NCBI RefSeq assembly: GCF_018977255.1
Contig: NW_024704743.1
Location: forward strand, 116,314,001-116,378,000
Length of the DNA stretch: 64,000 nt
DNA from: Callorhinchus milii
Lineage: Eukaryota
Reading direction: 5' to 3'
The notes below the pieces were generated by a model. It saw nothing but the letters and a program-made list of their open reading frames with translations. It was not told the origin of the DNA and made no database searches. The stretch's first letter is position 1; each line of letters opens with the position of its first letter. Shown here one piece after another: positions 54,303-64,000 of this stretch. Position numbers and translations under genes: made by a program.

Positions 54303-54328
54303 AGAAACCTTCTGTTTCCCCACCGCAG

Positions 54329-54634
54329 CTTCAGAAGGAAGCCCAGCCCCAGAGTGGAGACAGGCCCTTCGCTGACCTCCGGGAGCCATCCCCAGACCTC
54401 TCGGAGCAAGAGTGGTTCCCCGGGGGCCATTCGCAGGGCCGCGATGCCTTTCCAGAGCGGGGATTCGGGGAGCGTCGCTCAGCAGTGCCGGCTCTGAGGG
54501 AGGGCGAGAGGTGCCGGACTGCCCCCAGCCTGTTCCTGGACGCACTGTCACTCGACTCGCTCAGTGAGGCTTCCGGCTCTGCCTCCGACTCCTGCAGCCT
54601 GGAGAGGGAGAAATTTACAACCGGCACCTACGAG
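54329..54634 (+). CDS. MTCL1: MTCL1 coding exon 12 (102 codons)
   Basis: caccgcag|CTT; LQKEAQPQ...SLFLDALSLD...TTGTYE; GAG|gttagt. Confidence 0.85.
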
Positions 54635-54824
54635 GTTAGTCCATCCGTGCACCACATAAAACTGGCCATTTTAGATCATTAGAAAAGTCTGTCGTAATTT
54701 TTATGGCAACTCAAACTACCCCAATATAGGGGTGGTCCAACTGTATAATGATTCAAACTCAGCTTCTAGAGTATTAGTTCTGTGCACAACACCGGAGACC
54801 TTAAGTGTAACTTTGTTCTCACAG

Positions 54825-54901
54825 GCTCTGAATGAAATTTGCGTGGCCAAGGACGTTTCGAGGTTTGATAAGGAAGATGCGTGTAAGGCAAATCTTCAAA
54901 G
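54825..54901 (+). CDS. MTCL1: MTCL1 coding exon 13 (77 nt, ends phase 2)
   Basis: ttctcacag|GCT; ALNEICVAKDVSRFDKEDACKANLQ(R); AG|gtacaa; its phase-2 end is needed to join exon 14. Confidence 0.82.
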
Positions 54902-55087
54902 GTACAAAATCGGGCCTTTGTCGCATGCTATTAACACCTCCTACTGCTCAGAGCAGCGCTTAACCGGGATTACTATTAGTAAAGGTATTTCTTTCTTTCG
55001 TTTGTTTCTTCGTTCGTTCGTTTGTTTGTTTGTTTGTTTGTTCTTTCTTTCTTTCTACCTTCCTTTATTCTTTCTTTCTTCAGTTCT

Positions 55088-56136
55088 TGGGATAAGCGGG
55101 TCCTTCTCAGATTGGCGGGATGTGACTAGTGGAGTGCCACAAGGATCAGTGCTTGGGCCTCAACTATTTACAATCTATATCAATGATCTAGACGAGGACA
55201 TAGAACTTAAAATATCTAAATTCGAGGATGATACTAAGCTAGGTGGGAGAGTAAGCTCTGAGGATGACACAAAAAGATTGCAAAGGGATATAGATAGGCA
55301 AGGGGAGTGGGCAAGAAGGTGGCAAATGGAATATAATGTGGGGAAGTGTGAAGTTATTCACCAAGGTAGTAAAAACAGAAAAACAGATTATTTTCTGGAA
55401 GGGGAGAGACTAGATAGTGTTAGTGTTCAGAGGGATTTGGGTGTCCTTGCACACCAGTCACAAAAAGTTAGCATGCAGGTACAGCAAGCAACTAGGAAGG
55501 CTAATGGCATATTGGCGTTTATTGCAAAAGGGTTAGAATACAAGAGTAGGGAAGTCTTGCTGCAAGTGTATAAGGCTTTGGTGAGACCACACCTAGAATA
55601 TTATGTGCAGTTTTGGTCTCCTTGTTTAAGAAAGGACATACTCGCCTTAGAGGGGGTGCAGCATAGATTCACTAGGTTAGTTCCTGGGATAAGGGGTTTG
55701 ACCCATGAGGATAGGTTGAATAAACTAGGCCTATATTCTCTAGAATATAGAAGAATTAGAGGTGATCTTACAGAAACATATAAGATTCTTATGGGGCTTG
55801 ACAGAGTAGACAGTGTGAGACTGTTTCCGCTGGTAGGAGAATCTATAACTAGGGGTCACAGTCTTAAGATGAAGGGACAGCTATTTTGAACCGAGTTGAG
55901 GAAACACTTCTTCACTCAAAGGGCTGTGAATTTATGGAATTCTCTACCCCAGAAGGCTGCAGATGCTCAGTTCTTGAACACATTCAAGACTGAGATTGAT
56001 AGATTTCTAAAGGATAGAGGGATTAAGGGATATGGGGATAAGGTGGGCAGATGGAGTTAGGTTAGAAGATCAGCCATGATCTTATTGAATGGCCTACTCC
56101 TGCTCCTAATTCCTATGTTCTTATATTCTATGTTCT
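55088..56136 (+). mobile_element. CR1-clade LINE, 5'-truncated, relatively young
   Basis: VTSGVPQGSVLGPQLFTIYINDLD, FEDDTKL, YKALVRPHLEY; one premature TGA at 55887, frame continues to TAG 56060; ctatgttct-type tail repeats. Confidence 0.93.
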
Positions 56137-56309
56137 TCCGCCCAGCTCGGCTATCCAGTCACTAGGGAAGTCCTCCCGACATGAAAGCCGCAATGTAAAC
56201 ATGAATGTATTTGTTGTTTGTTGTTATTGTCATTCTTATTCATTTATTCCTTACTTCTTTTGTTTTCTCTGTCTCTCTCTCTCTCCCCCTCTCTCTCTGC
56301 TTGTGGCAG

Positions 56310-57861
56310 GGCAAAGTCAGTCTCCTCCATGTCAGATTTCCAGCGCCTGATGAACAGCTCCCCGTTCCTGCCAGAGAAGACGTCGCCGGGCGATCCCAAA
56401 CCCCGGATGTGCTTCCCCAGGGAGGATCCCACTCCCCCGCTTTCTCCAGACGACCTCAAGTATATCGAAGAGTTCAGCAGGAAGAGCTGGGAGTACGCGG
56501 ACCGGGAGAGGCCGGGGGAAGCCTGGGTACAGAAGAGCGAGAGCAAGAGAGTGCGAGAGGTCAGTGCGCTAACTCTGGACCCATTACAAGCTACCTCGTG
56601 GTACCTCACCACCAGCGTCACCATGACAACCAGCACCGTGACCAGCTCGGAGATCGCCGGCCCTCAGAAGCCGCAGCCGTCGCAGAGGGTGGTCCCGGTT
56701 CCAGTCCCGGACATGGCGGGGGTCCGACTTTACCACAGCCCGCCCGTCCTCCGCAGCGACAGCGGGATCAAGTCACTGGACTCGGACTTTGCCTTTGCCA
56801 CGGTGGTGCCGATAGGGAACGGCGTGGAACCGAAGGGGGGGCCGGCACAGGAGGTGTTCGGCAGGTGGACTTGCGAACCGAGCAGGGAGGTGCTGGAGGG
56901 TGGGCTGCGGCCCCCAGAGCATCCCGTCTGCGCCACCGTGGGCTTCGCCTCCTCCCTGCAGGGCCTCAACATATCAGGCAACATGAGCGATGACATGAAG
57001 GAGGTGGCTCACTCCGTCATGAGCCGGATGCGCTCAAGCTCGGCCGAGCGACAGTCTAAGGACATCGGCTGTCAGACAAACGGGGTCTCCAACGCCGGCA
57101 CACAGACCACCCGCTTGGTCAGCATCGGGCTGCAGACAGACACCGCCCGGTGCCTGGCCAGCAGCCCCCACAAGTGCCTGACACCCAGGGGGGGCTCCAC
57201 CCCCGTCTCCTCCCCCTCCCGCAGCTTCCGCAACAAGCAGGTGGCCCCCGCTGTGGAGAAGATGCAAGCCAAGTTCGAGCGGGTCTGCTGCTCTCCCAAG
57301 TACGGCTCCCCCAAGCTGCAGAGGAAGGCATCTGCCAAGCCCGAGGGTCCCAAGGAGCGAGGCCCGCCTCCCGCCCCCGCCCTTCCGCAGAAGGGCTTCA
57401 ACGAGTCGGCCTGGGCCAGGTCCACCACCACCCGCGACAGCCCGGTCCACACCACCATCAACGACGGCCTCTCCAGCCTCTTCAACATCATCGACCACAC
57501 GCCAGTGGCCTGCGAAGCGGCTCAGAGACTGCCCAGACCCCCGGTCAGGCTGCCCAAGCCTCCTGAGCCACACTCCAGCTTCGGGGCGGTCCAGGAGTTC
57601 CTGAAGAGCATGCGGGGCCGATCCCCCAGCCCGGTGTGTGCCAGCACGGAGTCCGAGAGGGACTCGGACGGGGAAGTGCTCGTGGTGAAGCAGGAACTGT
57701 GCCTGTCTCCCGGGTACCACCTGGCAGGCAGTCCCGCCAGGCTCTTGAACAGGCGTCTGCTTGAGCAGGTTTACGGCGAGGACCACAAACTCCAGAGAGT
57801 GCTGACCGACCAGGACTCCGAGTCAGGAGACACAGACCAAGCTTCCCCTGCTTCCTTGGAG
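56310..57861 (+). CDS. MTCL1: MTCL1 coding exon 14 (1552 nt; Ser/Pro-rich C-terminal region)
   Basis: ttgtggcag|G GCA; (R)AKSVSSMSDFQRLM...SPASLE; GAG|gtgagc; in frame with ORF 56218..57891. Confidence 0.95.
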
Positions 57862-60567
57862 GTGAGCTTGCTTTCTTTGCCCCTTTTATGATCGTTCTGG
57901 GAGAGATTGCAAGTGGCGAGGCTGTGTGCAAAGCAAAGTAAAGGGTCAAGTGTTTTTTCACCTTTAAAACCCTCTATGGTTTGCTCCCTACACCCCCACC
58001 CCAAAATAAAAGCCCACCAGGAACTGAACTGCAGAGCAGAGGCTTCCAAATGAAGGAGCAATTCATGACCTTGTGACTTTTTTTGCACAACCTTAAATTT
58101 TAAAACGATTAAGACCGTGAGGAATTTTCTAAGGGGTGGGGGGGAGGAAGGGCCAGATTTGTTTGTAACTCAACGGACCAGCAAAACCTTGGTGTCCAAT
58201 GAGTGCTCAGGGTTAGCTGGAGAATCCAGTCCCAATGACTGGCGGAGGAGAGGAGAAGGTCTGTCTGAGCACCATGATTGGCTACTGCAAACGCAGCTTA
58301 GCCTTGGTCAACTGTCACTGTGCCTAAGTGGGTGGGTGGGTGAGTGAGTGAGTGGGGCACATGCTGCTTGCGTGAGTGAATAAGTGGTACATGAGTGTGT
58401 GGGTGAGTGAGTGTGTGCGGGATTTGGTTTTACAGGTTGTGCCTTCTTATATATGTCCCGTTCGGACAGTGGGAGGGGGGCGTCTGCTGTATGGCATGTG
58501 TAAATGCAGTGGTATTATGCACCCATTTGTAAAAGTATGTGTAATATATAAGCATAATTGGTATTATGCGCCACGTGAAACACATGGTATTGTGTCCCGT
58601 GTGTAAATGTGTGTGTAATTTGTATCAAGTGCAAATACATTGGGTATTATGCACCATGTATAAACGTGTGTGTAAAGTGTACCATGTGCATCCATGGGTA
58701 TTGGGCACCATATGTAAAGGTTCCACATCCACCTTCCACAAATTCCATATCTCACATTACCATCTGCAATGTTGCGGCAACTATGGTGGTGGGGTCACAC
58801 TTGCAGGCCACGGAATACCTAGCACATCAAACGGGCTGCAGGTCATCGCGTTCTCGATTGTGACTTGAACATGTTGCTTGGCTGGGTCCTGTCATCTCTC
58901 AAACTCTCCGCTGCATTCCTGCCTGTGCTCTTTATCCACCCATCGCTCACCGTGCGCACCGCTCAAACTTTTATTCCAGTAAAGCCGGGTGGCACAGCTG
59001 ATTGTAGAAGAGGACGGAACCAGCACGAGATGGAGGGGGGATGGTGCGGGGGAGATAGAGTGAACGTCAGCGAGTGTTGAGCCTGGCTGCCCATTTGTCC
59101 TGTCTGCCATATGCAGATTATCCATAGACCTTTGTAGAGAGTTTTGACACGTTTACAAGAGGGAAAATGAGATGTTGTACGCAGTGCAAGGATTATTATC
59201 ATTGATTATCCTCGCATATACCTTGCTCCCTGGTGATATATCCTTTAATATAACCTAGGCAGCAAAGCTGAAGATGGCATGAGGTGTCAAGCCTCTCTGG
59301 AACCATGTCTCCTCCGCAGCTGTTAGCTCTGACCTCTGTGAGCCTGAACTCTCCACCAGCATAGACATGGAATGGGAATCCCTGCTCTCCCAATAGCCAC
59401 TGGCTAAAGGTGCCACTTCCCCTAGGCTGCAGAGAGCTGTTTGCGATGGAGCATCACATTGCTCAACGCACAGTATCGTGCATGTCAACTCTGAGTAAAA
59501 GTTTAGTGGCTTTACTGGTGCTTCTGGAACCAAGTTTAATGAATCTGCAGTTAATCTGTGTAGCTGCCACCATATCACAGGAAATGAGCCCATCCTTTTC
59601 CTTAGCACAGATTACACAGATTACTTTGGACAAAAGAATCCCCCACCAACTTCCGCACACACACAAGGCATGATTAAACCCTTACTGTAACTGTATTTTA
59701 ACCTCGTCAAGGCTACAATTTCCTTTATTTTATTCCTCCACTTTTCCTCATCTGCCCAAAGTGACAAAGATGTGAAAAGCTTTCAAATGTATCGCCCCAT
59801 CTGTCGATGTATGCTCTCCATCTCATATCTAACCAATGCTGTCAGTTATTTCTAGTTTTATTTCTAATTTAACACATTTCCTGTTGGGTAAATTGATACA
59901 GTGCTTTGCATTCAATGCACTTGCTGGTCAAGGGGTTTGATTTCCCCTTGAGTTACCACGGGAGTTACTCACACATAGAGGTTACCATATAGGTACACAG
60001 TTAGCAGAGGCTTTAGACATCCTAAATACTTTAGCATCTTCACATCATTCATAGCTCTGTGGATCAAGCTAGGCAGTGGCCACTAGGAAACGTGTTAAAG
60101 CCAATGATGCTTCACTCAATCATAACTAACCCAACTTTAATTACCGAACCATAACCAACCATAACTAACCCAATCATAACTAACCCATTTGTATGCAATA
60201 CAATTGAACCTAACATTGGCTAAACTCAATGTTTCCTGCGTCAATTGAATTGAGTCAGTGACTGCTTGGCACACACCACAATAGAATTGCAAATGGCCCA
60301 CAACAAAAGCTGCTCCAGTCACAGAGTTCTGTCTCTGTGACTGACTCAATAACTGGGGTACGTTTGTTTACCTGGACACATTGCATGTTGATGTTGATAT
60401 GTGACTGGTTTATCTGCAGTATTTCCTGTAATACTGCTCCCTACAGCCTGCAGGAACATGGTCCTTACAACCTGTCCCTTGGTTAAACACAACTGTTTGA
60501 TGTGTACACTTAACTCTTTTCTCTTTCCAACCTGTCTTCTTTTCTCTTTCCTGTCTGTTCTGCCCAG

Positions 60568-60606
60568 AACCAAACTCTCTTACTAACCACCCCTTGGGGA
60601 CACTAA
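60568..60606 (+). CDS. MTCL1: MTCL1 alternative short C-terminus NQTLLLTTPWGH* (exon 60568..60625)
   Basis: Polypyrimidine tract + gcccag|AAC; peptide resembles the recalled human isoform end NQTVLLTAPWGL; gtaagt donor at 60626. Confidence 0.8.
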   Translation, partial: NQTLLLTTPWGH

Positions 60607-62424
60607 CCCTGCCTGCCTCACTGCTGTAAGTTCTTTTGTTCCTCCTTTCCAACCGAATGTTTGAACTGCTGGATCAGTTTAATGAATTGGAGGTGATTTG
60701 GGGGTTCAGTTTAAAGGTGCAATCACTCAGTCTGGATATCTGTCAGCATGAAAGACAAGCAAAGAAAGCAGGTTGTAGGATTTCATAAGAATTGTGTTTG
60801 AATGATGACCAGGGATGAAATTGGAATGAAGGAGATGGTTTGGTGGTTCACTGCGTTAAAATATTAAGAACATGACTCTGGGACCTGGAACTGAATCATC
60901 CCCAGAAAGATGCGACTCAGTCTGCCCTGGTTAAAAGGACCTGTCATTGATCTCAAATGTGCATGGCCCGTCTCCATCATGCATCTAGTGGATTTTCCCA
61001 GTATCCAGGCCAGCAATCCCCCAGATAAAATTGGTCATTCACTTCACGGCTGTTAGTGAAGCATTGCACTGTGCAAATTAGCTGCCGGGTACGCCTACAA
61101 AATACATAGTTACTGTACTTGATAGTACTTTATAGTTTAGTATATACTGTAAAGCGCTTTGAGACCTCTTCCTGATGTGAAAGGTGGGATGTCAAATGTA
61201 AGGATTATTATCAGTATTACTGTCTTAGATTTTAAAACAGTGGTGTTAAGACCAGGAGAAATTTCAGACCTTGTGTGCGGTATGTAAATTGTTCCCTCAG
61301 CAACACGTCTGTCTGTGCCTTGGACTCGAGCTTTGAAGAAGGGACCCGACTGCATTGGGATGTTTGGAGAACGCTTCCATTTCCCTCCCTATCATCCTCT
61401 GAGTGAGATTGTGCAGTGACATCCATTCACGCTGAGTCAATATGTGCATTGCTGCAGTGACCCTTGATGACAGCCACTCTTCCCACTTGTACCACAAAGA
61501 ACCTTTCAGGGTATAGAATCTGTGATGAGTTGTACTGTAATTGGAAGTGAATCCTTGCACGCCTCAAGGGGTGCCTTACTGGAAAAGAAAAGGGACATGG
61601 AGAGGATCAGATGAGTTGACTCAGGCCCAGGAGACGGGTGTAGATCTAATAAGACAAGTAGACAAGCCACTGCGGAGGGAGTTCCCTGAATGCGATATCC
61701 AGCCAACGGCACTGGGGTGGGGGGGGGGGGGCGCAAATCAAAAGATAGTCAGCTCTGGAAATCTCAGCCCAGAGTGAGGCCAATTGACCGATTGTATCTG
61801 TGCCACTGCTCCCTATTTTCCCTCTTATTGTTAATCCCACTTTCCAGCTCTTTTCCCACATCTTTTAATGTTTGCACTGCTCAGGTGCTTATTCGGTTCC
61901 CTTTTGAATGTTTCTATTGATCCAGTGGTTCTGTTGATCCGGTCTCAGTTGCAATAATGGGAGCGGATACACAACGGAAGAGATTCACACTTGTCGTTGT
62001 CATTGACGGTCAGAGGAGAAGGGCAGGGATTCTCCCTACTACGCTCCTGCTAACATTACAACCCAAACTCTGAACAGGTAGGGTGGTCCTAACTGGACAG
62101 ACAGTTCTCTCAATGACAAGCTATGTCGTGTTAGCTGGTTAAACCCCAGCAGTACCCCAACACTGTTATTGTACTTGAGATGCAGTTCAGAACTTATCAC
62201 CCGTTCTTCCTCAGTCTGGACAAGAGAAATTGCAATGGAGCAATTTCTAGTTAGACTTTTCTCACAGGAATAGTTTTTTTTTTAAAAAAAGAACATGTTA
62301 GAAAAAAGTTAAGATCCTGGAGCGCGTTTATGTTCTTTCATAATCCTGGCAATGTATAGAACTGGAAAAAAACATTTGAGGTCCACTGAGCTGATGTGAT
62401 CAAATCAAATTTAGCATAATCCTG

Positions 62425-62737
62425 GTGGAGTCCTGTAGCTCAGTGGCTAGAGTACTCACCTCGCAAGTGAGAGAACTGGGTTTGATTCCCGGCAGGCGAA
62501 ACCTTGGGCAAGTTTCCTTATTCCACACGCCTGATAATAATCCCTCACGAAAAAAAAATAACAAATTGCTCACTTCAATCCATGACTGTTTGTGGGACAC
62601 TGCTGTGTGCAATTGGCTGCCACGTTTTGCCCACAATTATATAGTCAATTCACTTTACAGTATATTCTGTGAAGCACTTTGAGCTGTCTCGAAGATCTGA
62701 TAAGGCGCTATATCAAATGCAAGCATTATTATTATTA
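62425..62737 (+). mobile_element. Family A SINE, full length
   Basis: Same head, core and tail as the 15204 copy. Confidence 0.88.
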
Positions 62738-63875
62738 ACACACACGCTGGGGTCCTCAAGCCTTGGCTCGCTCCAGACATTGGGAAATTTCCATGAATAG
62801 GTGGTGCACGTATGTGGAGCTTTCATTCTGATTTGAATACTCTTAACCATCAGTGTGGGGTTTCTGTATGTGTCAGACATCCAGCTAACCAAACAAAATG
62901 GTTTTAAAAACATTGCCATTGACATTACAAGGGGGAGCTTTGTGTTGTGGTCGTGCTCACTTGGAATCAGGTTTAATTTTATTTTTTCCTCACCATCGCA
63001 CATTGAAAAAAGGCACATTTAATACCTGTCAGTGTTATACACACCGACTGATAACCACAGTCTTTTAATCCCTCATACAGCGGTTTTATCTTGCAAAAAG
63101 CGTGTGTTTGGGCACAGAGCATATGGGATTTCCTTAAAAGGGTCATTAGCTCTCAGCGAAAGCTGACAAGTGCAGCAAGAGCACAGTGAGTGTTGCGGGG
63201 GTTTGAGACAAGATGTTCTGGGAACGCTTGGGGCTTCAAAGAGGAATTTAGTAAGAGTGACTGGGAAGTGATTGCTTTCACTGGGTATCTGTGCCCAGAT
63301 AGGATTACCCTCAAAGGAGGTAGGAACCTAGGTTTCTTCTAAGCCAACTATCACGGGTAAAACTTATAGCAGAATCATAGAAATTCACGACACTTATGAA
63401 GGACATTCAGCCCATCGCGTCTGTGCTGGACCTTTTTTTAAGAGCAATCCTTTAATTCCCATTTACCTATACCTTTCCCCCATACTCCTATAGCTCCAGG
63501 GCTCTGGGGCTTGAGCCTGCGTGGAAGGTGCTTTATAAGTGCAAGTTATTGTTGTAGTTTACTCCTGTTTAGATATCTCTGCTTCCCCTTTGAAACCTAA
63601 CATGGATTCGGCCTCAACCCCTGCTCCCGGCAGGGAGGAATGGAGTTAGCAAGTGGTAGCAACGAAAGTTCAGCTCACGTTCCTTTTGTTCTTTGTAAAG
63701 TGATAACGGGAATTTGGAGTAAAAGTGATGATGAAAACGCTCAGTTAAGGTGCTATTGGTGGGTCGGAGGAGAGCTAGGATTTTTCCACGTGTTTTTTTT
63801 ATGCTCTTCGCTTCTGTCGCCGTGTCTACGAATCGCCCTCGTTCACTGTGTGCTTTCTGTTTGCTGTTTTGAAAG

Positions 63876-64000
63876 GACCTCCCCTGGCCTCCGCCACTCG
63901 AACCCCGCTTCTCACGCCCAGCCAGGCCAGCCCGGCGCCCGCCATCCCGATGGGCATCACGTTCACCCTCTGCCTCACGCCCTTCATCCTCTGGGGACTT
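63876..64000 (+). CDS. MTCL1: MTCL1 last coding exon (partial)
   Basis: ttttgaaag|GAC; DLPWPPPLEPRFSRPARPARRPPSRWASRSPSAS..., resembling the recalled human ...LEPCFSRPERPANRRPPSRWA. Confidence 0.85.

Noticed and set aside
57034..57786. 250-aa antisense ORF and similar ORFs over exons 5 and 14
   Set aside because: Expected by-product of GC3-rich coding sequence on the opposite strand.
58490..58720. Spaced ggtatt(a/g)tg repeats superficially like a repeat-spacer array
   Set aside because: Short, degenerate, irregularly spaced units with related spacers in vertebrate intronic DNA; a decayed minisatellite, not CRISPR.
63950..64000. Alternative frame MGITFTLCLTPFILWGL resembling the ...PWGL isoform end
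   Set aside because: Out of phase with the 63876 acceptor; the better match to that ending is the exon at 60568.

Overview
Eukaryotic genomic DNA from a vertebrate. The repeat content (L2 and CR1 LINE fragments, tRNA-derived DeuSINE-type SINEs, a Penelope-type tail) points to a cartilaginous fish, possibly a chimaera; this is inference. The window holds almost all of one large + strand gene, an MTCL1 (SOGA2/CCDC165; microtubule cross-linking factor 1) orthologue. I reconstructed 14 phase-compatible GT-AG coding exons from the ATG at 13025 to 57861 (1997 codons by my count), plus three alternative endings: (i) a 36-aa hydrophobic exon at 44609 resembling the SOGA3/MTCL3 membrane tail, (ii) a 58-nt stop-containing cassette exon at 60568, and (iii) a last exon starting at 63876 that runs off the window. 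The rest is intron or upstream DNA dense in retroelement fragments and simple repeats. I see no prokaryotic-type system, CRISPR array or intact transposon. The most interesting points are the isoform switches, an in-frame continuation of exon 13 into a young CR1 reverse transcriptase fragment, and a duplicated 5' region with a 470-nt polypurine tract. Gene and family names come from recalled similarity, not from a database search; repeat boundaries are approximate.
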